From NCBI RefSeq assembly GCF_009834535.1, contig NC_045696.1:106766001-106830000 (forward strand): a stretch of DNA of 64,000 bases, in the 5' to 3' direction. The notes beneath the pieces were generated by a model. The model was given only the letters and a program-made list of their open reading frames with translations. It had not been told where the DNA came from and did not search any database. Positions 25,750 to 37,469 of this stretch are shown here, one piece after another. A program made the translations under genes and the position numbers. Every line of letters starts with the position of its first letter. The stretch's first letter is position 1. This DNA is from Camelus ferus. Lineage: Eukaryota.

Positions 25750-27200
25750 TTCTCAGCTCTTCTTTGTGGGTAAGTTACTGTACAACCCTGGGTAACTATT
25801 TCAGCATATCATACATGCTTAATGTCAAAACTCTCTCACCTACCTCTTCATAATTTAGCATTGTAAAGCGCTTAACTACCTCTTGAAAGCCCTTCTTTTC
25901 TTAAATTTGTTTTTCACTCTAGTTTTTGTTTATCTTTTTTGTTTCTTTTTTAAAGCTCTCTCTTTTAAATTTTTTGCTTCTTTATTAAAATTTTTTTTCT
26001 TTTTCCTAATGGCGGCACTGGGGGATTTGAACCCAGGACTTCACGCATGCTGACTATGCTGAGCTGTACCCCTTTCCCCTGAAAGCCCGTTCTAAACAAT
26101 TATGGTCTCTTGTATAGGGAGGGAACAAAAGTATTTCAGAACCAAGATATTTAGTAGTTTCTTCACAGGTGGGAGAAAAAGGTGGACCTGGAATATGTAT
26201 AGGTTTGCCGTGTATATTACATACTTCAGCATGAGCTAAGAATGCTGAGTCCTCAAAGTCCTGCTTCTTCAAATCAAAGCTCTACAATTGGTCCCAGGTA
26301 GCTGCATCAAAGAGGCCACCTGCCAAGCCCTTCATTTATAAAACTTCTCCTAAAGAGATGCCATCAGGGGGATTACAGACTCTGGATTGATTTGCAGCTT
26401 CTGCTTCAGGTTAGTGAAGAGTTGCAAATCCTGCATTTCCTGCCATCTGGAAATGAGGTCTTTCAGTGGCTGCTTGTCCTCTGCCCACAGGAGAACAGGG
26501 CGGCACAAAGGCCGGAGACCGTGCCCAGGGTGAGGATCTGGGCGGCAGCCAAGAAGATGCTCAGATCGAGGGTGGCACCGGGCCAGGGCTCCGCAGGACA
26601 GTGCTGCATGGTGTCTGGAGGGAGAGCTGGGGTTTCTTTAGTGTCAGAGCACAGAAGCTGGGTCACCGGACAGGGGCAAGTCCGTACCCAGGAGGCTGTG
26701 ATGCTGGATGAGGGGAATTGTCACACCAGAGCAGTGCAGACCTCAAGGACTGGAATGGGCTTCTGAAAGAACCGAGGAGTTCAAGGCCAGAGAACCAACT
26801 TCAGTTTGAGATTCCTTTAACAGGAGCAGTTCACGTGAGATTCAGAGTTCGGAAAGATGGGCCTCCCAGATGTCCCCTGGGTATATCCCACCTCTCACAG
26901 TTACCAAACCCCTTTACATTTATTTCCATTCCCTCTGCATTATTTCATGAAACTTCTAAGTTTGTTATCTGCTGTGTGATCTACACTCTTTTGCATTTGT
27001 TCCAAATTTTTTTTTCCCCAATATTATTCATTTAACCCTGTGACCTGCAGACACATTCCCCCGGCAGAGGTGAACCCAACAGCCCGTGTATGTGTTTCCT
27101 GCCCTCGTTTCACAGTCTGGAAAGGAAGGGAACAGCCCGCAGGCTGGACTCAGGATGCAAAGGAGCTGCTGGACGTGAACGTGATTTGTAGATGCCGAGC
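25750..27200 (-). mobile_element. Highly diverged CR1/L3 LINE: RT core to ORF2 C-terminus
   Basis: Ordered minus-strand motifs across frameshifts: QR..IN and GVPQG-like (~26870-26940), DLSIF (DLG.. motif, ~26553-26567), LISRWQEM (I.SR..EV), MKGLAG...FDLKKQ...LKYV (KGL...FSLEKRRLRGD...KY, ~26215-26335), TRDHN (TRGH, ~26100), WN.LPR.V-like (~25781-25804). Alignment by eye. Confidence 0.6.
25897..26079 (-). mobile_element. Vic-1-type SINE with small internal deletion and long T-rich tail
   Basis: 'ggcactgggggatttgaacccaggacttcacgcatgctg...ctgagctgtacccctttcccc'; TSD 'tgaaagccc(g)ttct' at 25884-25896 and 26080-26093. Confidence 0.85.
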
Positions 27201-27369
27201 ATCACACAACCATGGCCCAAGATGCTTCTGTTGAAAAAACTGTGCCCTCAGCAGCCCCGAGACTCCACCCTGCGCAGGCAGGCTCCGCTCCCTGTGCAGG
27301 CCTCAGTGGGCAGGCGAGTGAGAAGGAAAGGATTTGGGTGCAAAGTTGGAAAGAGTGTTGTTTTACGTG

Positions 27370-29050
27370 GACTATTTCTTTAATTGGAGTTCTCCTTTGC
27401 AAGGAAAGTCTGGCTCATGTGTGGCTGCTGGTATTATTCATCTGCTGTTTTTCTCTCTCTTCAAATCCTCTGAAATACTTGTACAACTGCTCTTCATCAG
27501 TATGTCTCTTTAATAATCAGAACTATTAGACTTTGCTGTTTGCTTCCTTTCTCAAATCATTCACAAAAATGTTAAATTAAACCCCTAGGTCTGGAGCCAA
27601 TCCCTGGCACACAGAGTTTTTACACCTCTCCTGCCTAAAATTGTCTCCCTGTGGTCTCTGTCCTCTGATCATAATTCAATGAAAATGTGTATTCTTAGTT
27701 AACCTTTTTTAATGTATCTATTACTAACATACACACCTGACACCAAAAATGGCAGTGCATTAATTGGTTCACCCATTCATAAGCCATTTTCTCTTTCCTC
27801 CTAATGGATTTTCTTTTTTAAAAGTTGTGTACATTCTATTTAATTATGGTCCCCCTGCCTTGTCAGAAGAGAAATAGGTCTCAATATTTCTAGGACTGAG
27901 GCCATCTCTAATGACAGTCTAGATACACACTGTAACTAAACATTGCTCTGTTCCTTTTACGAGTATTTTACACCCAAATTCTCCAAATTATGTGCATTTG
28001 TTTTGGTACATTAGCTCGTCATTCCTGTTTCATGATCTCTGTCAGTAGCAGTTTTAATTCTTACCTGGGTTCACAGGGTATTTCAGAAGAGGGGAAACTT
28101 TCTGAAAATGGAGACAAAGACTTTATTCAGGGTCTTGCTATCTCTTCTTTTTGTTCCACTTTGGTGCCATTATTTTAGAGATTCCATTGTTTCTCAAGCT
28201 GCATCCCTTCCTTTGGTAGATTTAAGGAATATCTTCCCAATCCTGTTGGAAACCTCGATACGATGCTTCAAATATTTTGTTTGTTCGGTTTATCTCATTT
28301 TGAAGTTATTCCTAACCTGCCATATTGTGTGGGTTTATGTGTTTCCTTTCTCTGCCACTTTTCCTGCTCTAAGAAAACACTTCCCTTCTCCTGCTCTCAA
28401 CAGTTACATTTCTGACTCTGTCAGCTGAGAATTATTATAACCTCTCAGATGTTTTCTTGGATTGCGGATAAGTTGCTTTAAAAAAATATTCTCTTGGTTT
28501 GTTTGTTATGGAGTTTTAAAATTCTAACTTTCATGTTTTTGTCCTAGGACACTTTCTAGTAGTAAATTGACATGCAGTGGATTTTAATTTGCCCGCAAGC
28601 CTGTGGAATTAAATTGCGTGGTGGTCACTGGTAATGAATTTGCATAGCTTCCCAAACCAAGTTCTTTTCACTGTCAGATCCCAGTCTGGGACACTTCCCT
28701 GCTGCACAGCCTCCTCCTCTATCTTTGCTGGGAAGCAGTCATTTCTCTTATCTAAAAATCTCCCTTCCAACCCTTGTCCCAGTGAGGCATTTTGCCAATC
28801 TATGATTGAGTAATTAACGTCTCCCATTATTACTACCTGGCCTAATTTCACAGCTTGCACAGTCTCAATTAACATTTCTATCTCGGTTTCCTGGTCAGGT
28901 AGGCTGTAACACATCCCTATTATGACTTTCTAATTATGTGAGAATGGAATTTCTACCCACAGAGATTCTACAGAAGTCCCCATTTCTGATAAGATTTTTA
29001 TCCTACTGCTTTGTAGAACTATCCTTTCATAGCACTGTTACCAAAAATGT
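27370..29050 (-). mobile_element. Ancient CR1/L3 LINE ORF2 fossil: AP-endonuclease, linker and RT
   Basis: Minus strand translates to ESLWVEIP...IGMCYSLPDQ...VIMGDVNYSIIDW...RFLDKRNDCF...SDHHAI (CR1 endonuclease: ESLW, YRPP, MGDFNYP.I.W, SDH), then LNKVFVSIF (28104-28130), a NYRPISL-like segment (27861-27894), and VCQG...FNIFVNDL (27547-27612). Confidence 0.9.
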
Positions 29051-29494
29051 ATTTATTTGTATGTCGTCTTTGCAAGATGAATTTGCAGCAACTTACAAAA
29101 TACAGATAAAGATTGAAAAAAAACCTAAAAACCAGTCAGTGAGAAAATAGGGGCAAGGTAAAATAAGGGTAAAAAAAATAAGACATAGCCACAGTGAGTT
29201 CACGTGTCCTAAATGTGGGGTACTTGTTAGAGTTTGCCTCAGAGCATCCTCATGGCCAACATGAAGAAGGAAATAGGACTGATTGCATAGTTCAAAGTGT
29301 CTTTGAGGTAGAATTAAACAGTTGCCTAGAAGAGGCACAAAATTTTGTCTTCAGAGACTCAAACTTTCTCCTCTCAGTCCTATCAGAGAATAGCATCAAA
29401 ACAATGTCTGGTCACAAACAGTAGAGTTGGAGACAAGATCATTTCGAAGTCATCAGTGTGATAGCTCAGATATCACAAAGCTTAGGTATCATTT

Positions 29495-30895
29495 CTTTTC
29501 TTAAAAAATAACGTTATTGACATATAATTCACACTCATAAAGTTCACTTTTTTAAAGTGTACAATTGAATAGTTTTTAGAATATCCACAAAGTTGTGTGT
29601 CAATTACCACTATTAATTTCAGCACATTTTCAACACTCCAAAAAGAAATCCCATACTCACGAGAAGTGACTCCTCACTTTGCCCTCCTTCAGCCTCCAGC
29701 AGCAACCAATCTACTTTCTATCTCTAGAGATTTGCCTATTTTGGATATTTCATGTAATCAGAAGTCTTGTGTGCAGCTTCTTTCACTTCTCACATTGTCT
29801 TCGAGGTTCATCCATGTTGCTATCAGGCATTAAAATTATGGAAGAATAATATTTCATTGTACAGTTATACTATATTTTATTTATCAGTTCATCAACTGAT
29901 GGGTATTTTGTTTCTTTTTTGATATTATGAGTAATGCTGCTATGAATGTTCGTGTACAATTTTCATATGGACATATGTTTTCATCCTCTTGGATATATCC
30001 TGAGGAGTGGAATTTCTGGGTCATCTGGTAACTATGTGTTTAACTTTTTGAGGAACTGCCCGACTGTTTTCCAAAGGAGCTACACTATTTTACATTCCCT
30101 CCAGCAAAATATAAAGGTTTAAGTTCCTCCCCATTCTTGCCAACAACTGTTAGTATCCATAATTGTCGGCATAGCCATCCTCGGGGCTATCTCACTGTGA
30201 TCTTGATTTCCACTTATTTCATGATTAATGGTGTTGAACATTTTTTCCCCATGTGCTTATTGATCATTAGCATAACTTCTTTGAAGAAATTCTATTCAAA
30301 TCTTTTGTCCATTTTGAAAAATTGGGTTATTTGTCTCTTTATTGTTGAGTTGTAAGATTTCTTTGTGTATTCTGGATACACAAAGTCCCTTATCTGATAT
30401 ATGGCTTGCAGAAGTTTGCTCCCATTCTGTGAGGTCTTTTACTTTCTTAATGGTGTTCTCTGAAATACAGTTTTAATTTTGGTGAAGTCCAATTTATCTT
30501 TTTCCCCCTTTGCTTTTTTTTGCTTTTAGTGTCATATCTAAAAAACTATTGCCTGGCTCAAAGTCATGATGGTTTATTTCTGTTTTCTTCTAAGAGCTTT
30601 GTAGCTTTAGTTCTTACATTTAGGCCTCTGGTCTATTTCGAATGAAACATGTACATGATATGAGGTAGGGGACCAACTTTATTCTTGTGCATTAGATATC
30701 CAGCTGTCCTGGCACAGCACCGTTTATTGAAGGACTGTTTTTCCCTATTGAATTATCTTAGCAACCTTGTTAAAAATCAGTTGACCATAAATATGAGCAT
30801 TTATTTCTGGACTCACAGTTGAATTCCATTGATCTGTATCCTTATGCCAGTAGTAGTACACTGTCTTGATTATTGTAACTTCATAGTAAGGTGTT
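29495..30895 (-). mobile_element. L1MB-like 3' ORF2 and 3'UTR
   Basis: Starts 'ttattgacatataattcac...aaagtgtacaatt'; continuous antisense L1 ('tttgaggaactgcccgactgttttccaa'). Confidence 0.88.
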
Positions 30896-30959
30896 TTTTT
30901 GCACCTCAAATTTAATGTTATTTGTTTTCTTTTTTATTTGTTCCATAATTTTTACAAAT

Positions 30960-31820
30960 ATTAAGACTTTTTTTAAAGAGCAGTTTTAGATTCACAGCAA
31001 AATTAGGGGGAAGGTACAGAGATTTCCCATAAACTCTCTGCCCCCACACATGCATAGCCACCTCTATTATCAACATTCCCCATCAGAGTACATTTGTTAC
31101 AACTGATGAACTTACACTTACACATCGTAATCATTCAAAGTCCATAGGTTACATTACAGTTCACTTTTAGAGTTGTACAGTTCTCCAGGTTTGGACAAAT
31201 GTTTAATGACATGCATCCACCATTAGGATGTCATACCATATATTTTCACTGCCCTAAAAGTCCTCTGAGCTCCACCTATTCAGTCCCTCTCCAACCTCCA
31301 ACCTCTGGCAAACACTGATCTCTTTACTGTCACCAGTTTTTCCTTTTCCAGAATGCCATGTAGTTGGTAACATATATAGCCTTTTCAGATAGCTTCTTTC
31401 ACTCAGTAATATGCATTTACAGTTCCTCCATGTCTTTTCATGGCTTGATGGCCCATTTCTTTCTAGTACTGAATGATATTCCATTGTCTGTATATACCAC
31501 AGTTTATTTATCCACTTACCTACTGAAGGGCATTTTGATTGCTTCCAAAGTTTATCTGCTATGAATAAAGCTACTGTAAACTTCCAGGTGCAGGTTTTTG
31601 TGTGAAAATAACTTTTATGTCCTTTGAATGAATACCAAGGAGTGCAATTGCTGAATCATATGGTAAGAGTATGTTTAGTTTTGTAAGAAACTACTGAACT
31701 GTCTTCCAAAGTGGCTGTACCATTTTGCATTCCCACCAGATGAATGAAATTTCCTGTTGCTCCACATCCTTGTCAGCATTTGATGTTGTCAGTATTTTGG
31801 ATTTTGGCCATTCTGATAGA
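30960..31820 (-). mobile_element. L1MC1-like 3' end
   Basis: 'agagcagttttagattcacagcaaaatt...aaggtacagagatttcccat' is the L1MC1-type 3' terminus; a second copy lies at 49665-50824. Confidence 0.88.
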
Positions 31821-31895
31821 TGACTATTCAAGATTGTTTGGCCATCTGGATCCCTAGCATTTTTTAATGAATTTAGGATTAGTTTGTCAATTTCT

Positions 31896-32059
31896 TTTCT
31901 TTTCTTTTCTTTTTTTTGTTTGTTTGAACTACAGTCAGTTACAATGTGTCAATTTCTGGTGTACAACACAATGTCCCAGTCATGCATATACATACATATA
32001 TTCATTTTCATATTCTTTTTCAGTAAATGTTGTTACAAGATGTTGACTATAGTTCTCTG
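31896..32059 (-). mobile_element. Short young L1 3' end with 15-bp TSD
   Basis: 'cagtcagttacaatgtgtcaatttctggtgtaca'; TSD 'agtttgt(c/t)aatttct' at 31881-31895 and 32060-32074. Confidence 0.88.
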
Positions 32060-32089
32060 AGTTTGTTAATTTCTACTACTGATGGATTT

Positions 32090-34080
32090 TCTCCATTTTG
32101 TTTCTCTGGGAATACCTTAATTTTTCCTTAATTGTTGAAGAATAGTTTTGCTGGATTTAGAATTTTGGTTGTCAATCTTTTTCTTTCAGCACTTTGAGTA
32201 TGTCATCCCCACTGCCTTCTGGTCTCTGTGTTTCTGATGAGAAATCAGCTGTTAATCTGATGGTGAATCCCTTGTATGTGATGAGTCACTTTCCTCTTGC
32301 TGCTTTCAAGATTCTCTCTGTCGTTAGCTTTTGACAATTTGACAATGATGTGTCTAGGTGTGGATCTCTTTGAGTTTATCCTACTTGAAGTTTGTTGAGC
32401 TTTTTGAATGTGCAGATTAATGTTTTCCAAATTTTAATATTTGGGACACTTTAGGCCATTACTTCTTCAAATATTTCTTATGTTATTCTCTCTCTTCTGT
32501 CCTTCTGAGATTCCCATTATGCATATGTTGGCATGCTTTATGGTGCCTCAGAGGTCTCTGAGCCTCTGCTTATTTTATTTCATTCTTTTTTCTTGTTGTT
32601 ACCCAGACTGGATATTCTTAATTGACCTGTCTTCAAGTTCACTACTTTTTTCCTTCTGTTTGCTCAAGCCTGCTATTGCACCCTTCTAATCAATTTTTAA
32701 ATTTTAGTTACTGTACTTTTCAGCTCCAGAATTTCTATTTGGTTCTTTTTCGTAGATAAATTCTATCTTCTTATTGATATTCTCTATTTAGTGAAACATC
32801 ATGTATATTTTTTAATTCTTTACACACGATTTCCTTTAGGTCTTTGAACATATTTATGCTAGCTGATTTAAAAATCCTTGTCTAATAAAAAAATTTAATT
32901 TCTTGTCTTCCTTAGAGATAATTTCTATTGATCACTTTTGCACCCCCATTTCTACCCCCAGTGTATTGACCATAGTTTCCAGTTTCTTTGCATGTCCTGT
33001 ACATCTTTTATGGAAAACTGGACATTTTTTGCATACTTTTTATTGAAGTATAATCAGTTTGCAATGTTGTGTCAATTTTTGGTGTACAGCATATTTTAGT
33101 CATACATATACATACATATATTCATTTTCATATTCTTTTTCATTATAGATTACTACAAGATATTGAATATAGTTCCCTGTGCTAATACAACATGTCAATT
33201 CCAAAAAAATCAGACTTTACTCCTACCCAGGTTTTATTGTTGTTACTGTTTATTATTATTGTTGTTGTTTGTTTAGTGATTTGCCTAGACCAATTCTGAA
33301 AGTCTGTGTTCTTTTCTGTTTATGGCCATCAGTTTGCTTACTTATCATGTAATGATTAGACAGATTTCTTTAAATACTTTGAATCAATAAGTCTCTTAGC
33401 CATTACTAAGGGGTTCTGTGTATCTGTTGGACATGCTTTCAATGCTTCAGGGGAGTTAGAGTTTGTGCAGATCCTCAAGTCAGCCAAAGGTGAGAATTTG
33501 GGACCTCAGATTTTTCCTGAGCTTGCACATAGCCCTATGCATGCGGAGAGTCCTATACATGCATGTCATAGCCAGAGGCAGCTGTGATGTTAAACAATTG
33601 CAGCTGTTTGACTTTGACAAATGCCTGTGGGCAGGGCTGTTCACACAGTGTGAGTTCTGATTGAAGAAAAATAAAGACAAGCCCTGAGAACAGAAGTTTT
33701 CAACAAGCTGCTAGATAAGTCAATAGTAACCATTTTCTGGGGATGAGACTTTTGGAGAGCTCCAAACAAATTTGTGTCCTTCCCCAGGGGCTGGTAGCCT
33801 TCAGGTTCTCACAGCTACTGTATTTGTGAGACTGTTAGTTTTCATAACTACTGCAGAACTGGAGAGAGGGGCATGGGAGTAGTTAAAACACTGTAAGGAT
33901 TGCTGTCCTTACAGAGATTCAGTCGTTCAGTCTCGAATTAATTATTCTTCTGATTGTTGCAAGCCTTTAGTAATTTTCAGAATTCCTAAAAAGTTGATTT
34001 CAACAGTTTTTGCCAGTGTTCTCATTGCTTTTACGGGGCAGATTTTTTGAGTTTCCTACTCCAGCATTCTTGAGGTCAAA
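32090..34080 (-). mobile_element. Old L1 ORF1 and 5' region
   Basis: ORF 32245-32430 translates to NLHIQKAQQTSSRINSKRSTPRHIIVKL, a clear L1 ORF1p motif. Confidence 0.85.
33036..33185 (-). mobile_element. Short young L1 3' end
   Basis: 'tttattgaagtataatcagtttgcaatgttgtgtcaatt...atagttccctgtgcta'; same family as the copies at 15733, 31896 and 46746. Confidence 0.85.
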
Positions 34081-34549
34081 CCCTGTATTATTTCCTTTTG
34101 CTGTAGTCCATCAGCATTAAAATTAGCCAAACACATTGTTGACTGGAATAATTTCATGAGTAATCCTCTATTTTTTCTTTTTCTTAGAATAAATATAATT
34201 TCTAAAGCTGCCTTCTTTCAGGCTTATCAAGAAGTCAGGGGACTAGCAGAAGTCTTATTGCCTTCAAGGTCGTAGATATATTTGGAGAAACATATGCTTA
34301 CATGGTGATAGTAAATAGTAAGATTTGAACACCCTAGAAAGGTAGTCAATCTGGTTAAAAATGGAAAATATATGAAAAATAGGTTTAAAAGCTCTTCATG
34401 ATTTTGGATACTTTTCTCAAGTGGTTGCAGTATTATCCAATGACATGAATTTTAAGACAAATTATTGAATGTCTACATTGGCATTTGACATGATTATCAG
34501 CTATAGAGTGGCTTCAGGACTCTCAAAAACTTGCAAACGGAAATAATTT

Positions 34550-35985
34550 TTAAAATATATAAGCACACAATCAACAGAATGAAAAGGCAACACATGGAAT
34601 GGGAAAAATATTTGGGAATTACATATATAATAAATGGTTAATATACAGAATATACAAAAAAATTCCTCTAACTCAACGTCAAAAAAAAGAAAAAAACCAA
34701 ACAACCTGATTAAAACATTGGCAAAGGACTTGAATAGACATTTATGAATATGAATAGACATTATGCCAAGTGAAATAAGCCGGTCAAAAAAAGACAAAGT
34801 AGATATACAAATGGCAAATAAACACATAAAAAGATGCATCAACATTACTAATTGTTAGGGAAATGCAAATCAAAACCACAATGAGATACTACCTCACACC
34901 CATTAGGATGACTATGGTTATAAACTGAATTGTCTTCTCCTCCCCAAGTTCATATGTTGAAGCCCTAACCCGCTAGGACCTTAGAATGTGATTGTGTTTG
35001 GAGATATGGTCTTTAATAAGGCAATTAATGTTAAGTAAGTTCATAAAGGTGAGGGCCTAATTCATAGGACTAGTGTCCTTGTAAGAAGAGGAAGAGATAC
35101 CAGAGATGTGCACATACAGAGAAAAAGTCATGTGAAGACACAATGAGAAGGTGCCCATCTGTAAGCCAAGGAGAGAGGCCTCAAGAGAAACTAAATCGGC
35201 TTGGACCTTGACCTTGACTTCCACTCTCCTGAACTTAGAGAAAATAAATTTCTATTGTTAAAGCCACTCAGTCCGTGGCATTTTATTACAGTAGCCCTGG
35301 CTACTATCAAAAGCAAAAACAATAAAAAATTTTAAAAAGAAAATAACGAGTATTGGTTAAGATGTGAAGAAATTGGAACCCTTATATACAATTGATGGGA
35401 ATGAAGAGTGGGGTAGCCACTATGGAAAACAGCATGGCGTTAGCTCAAAAAACATTTCCAAATGATCCAATTCCACTTACAGGTGTATACCCAAAAGAAC
35501 TGAAAATTGAGAGCAAGATACTTGTACACCTGTTCATAGCAGCATTATGCAGAAGGAGACAACCCAAGTGTCCATCAAAGGATTAATGGATAAAGAAAAT
35601 ATGGTATATATACAATGGAATGTGATTCATACTTTGAAAATGGGAAATTTTGACACTGGCTACAACATAGATGAACCTTGAGGACATTATGCCAAGTGAA
35701 ATAAGCCAGTCAAAAAAAGACAAATACTGTATCATTCTACTTATATGAGGTACCTAGAGTAGTCAAATTCATAGAGACAGAAAGTAGTATGGTGATTGCC
35801 GGAGGCTGGGTCAGGGATGATGGGGAGTTGTTGCTGTACTGGTATAGAGTTTCAGTTTTGCAAGGTGGGAGGAGTTCTGGAGATTAGTTATGCAAGAATG
35901 TGAATGTGCTTAATTAACACTACTGAAAAGTACATTTTGAAATGGTTAAGATGGTCAGTTTTATGTTACATGTATTTTACCACTG
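34550..35985 (+). mobile_element. L1MB-like 3' ORF2 and 3'UTR, interrupted by MLT1B
   Basis: 'gggaaatgcaaatcaaaaccacaatgagatactacctcacacccattaggatg' ... 'aaatggttaagatggtcagttttatgttacatgtattttaccac'. Confidence 0.9.
34916..35300 (+). mobile_element. MLT1B MaLR solo LTR
   Basis: 'ttcatatgttgaagccctaacc...gaatgtgattgtgtttggagat...aagccaaggagagaggcctca...aaaataaatttctattgttaaagccac'. Confidence 0.9.
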
Positions 35986-37469
35986 TGTGTGTATAATTTT
36001 TGAAGTGTGTATACAATACCTGCCAAAAACTGCATTAGGGAATACTACTACCTAGTGAGGGACAATGGCGAGGGTGAGTGGGAAGGCTTACACAGGGATG
36101 ACTTTGAAGGGGTCTACAACCTTGACCTGTGGATTCAAGAGGGAGTCTGTGCATGTAGGTATAAAAATGGTGCAGTGTAGGGACTTAAGGGAGGAACTTC
36201 TGCATTGTGAGTGCATATGCCCTGAGTAGCAGTGCTTTTTGGCAGCAAGGGGTTGCAATAAGATAAAAGCGGTCAGTGTACTGAGGAAGGTGTTGGATTT
36301 GAATTTCCCTAAGGATGTCCTAGCTGGTTCCATGAGTCAGGGAACCAAAGGCCTTATTCTGGACAAAGTGGGCAGCATTCTAAAAATTGGTCATTTGTGT
36401 CATCAATTTACCTTTGTCACTTGGGAAAATATATAAAATATGATCAGATGATGTGAGCCCTCGTCTAGGCAGAAAGACCAAGCATTAATGAAGGTTCTTT
36501 CAAAGAGAGACTGCCCCTTTCAGCAAGAGTCTAATTACATGAGTTTATTGCTCACAGGCATTCTGCTATCCACATCTACTCATTTGCACGCTTCAAATGA
36601 AGAGAGTAGCTGGGGAACTCTGGGCAGGGCAATGAGGAAACCACTGCCATGACACTCAGATAGCATCTCACACTTGTCATTGGGAGTCTTCTGCCGTCTG
36701 TCCAAGGGAACAATCTGACAGAGCACACAGGATGAAATTTTGCTAGCTTCTGTCTTTAGATAAGGACGCTATCACTGGCTGAACATATTTTATGTATAAC
36801 CTACCAGCTGCAAAGACCACTCAAGCATCATGTTTAAATATATTTGATAGTATCTGGAATTCCTGTTAACTCTTGCCAGGGTGTGTGGGCTTTAAAAAGC
36901 GTGTAATATTCAATAGCTGCTCAGATCAAAAACAAAAACATATGAACAATGCCTGTTGCGTGGGGGCAAGGAGGAGCCCATGTGTTGAGTAGGAGGATGG
37001 GGGGGTAGACATGGATGGTGTTTGTGGAGGGTACACAGAGACTATTAAGGGAGTGTATTATAATTCATCTCTTTCCTCTGTCTCCTGATTCCAAATGGGA
37101 CCAGATATGGGGATGCCTCCGTATTACAAAGCTTTCTTTCCTCTGTAGCTCAGCTAAGCTCTCATTGTTGGTTGATTTCAAGGCTAATTCTCTTAGTTTA
37201 GACTGTTTTGAATTAGGCCAGGATCAATGTTTAGAAAAATTAGAATGTAAACTCAGGTTGATCTGAAACACTACTGTTATTATACTCAAGAATTTGTACA
37301 AACTAATGGTAAACTTTACACCCCGCATATCTCAACCTAAATGAAGGTTTGAAATGTCAGGATCCTTCAAAGGCAATAGCATGGTATAACTTTGCCCTGA
37401 AATCACCTTGGGTATTTTATCAATAATAATAACAACAAAATAATGATTCTTCATCATCAGTGTGGTTTT

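Noticed and set aside
26200..27340. Processed pseudogene or small gene (overlapping ORFs 26392-26766, 26463-26666, 26054-26272; faint resemblance of 'QILTLGTVSGLCAALFS' to a transmembrane N-terminus)
   Set aside because: No poly(A) or TSD and no sustained match to a protein I recognise; ordered CR1 RT and C-terminal motifs across frames explain the region better.
28609..28914. Functional domesticated endonuclease CDS
   Set aside because: In-frame stop just upstream, altered conserved motifs, frameshifted flanks and no splice evidence; kept as a fossil with possible non-coding constraint.
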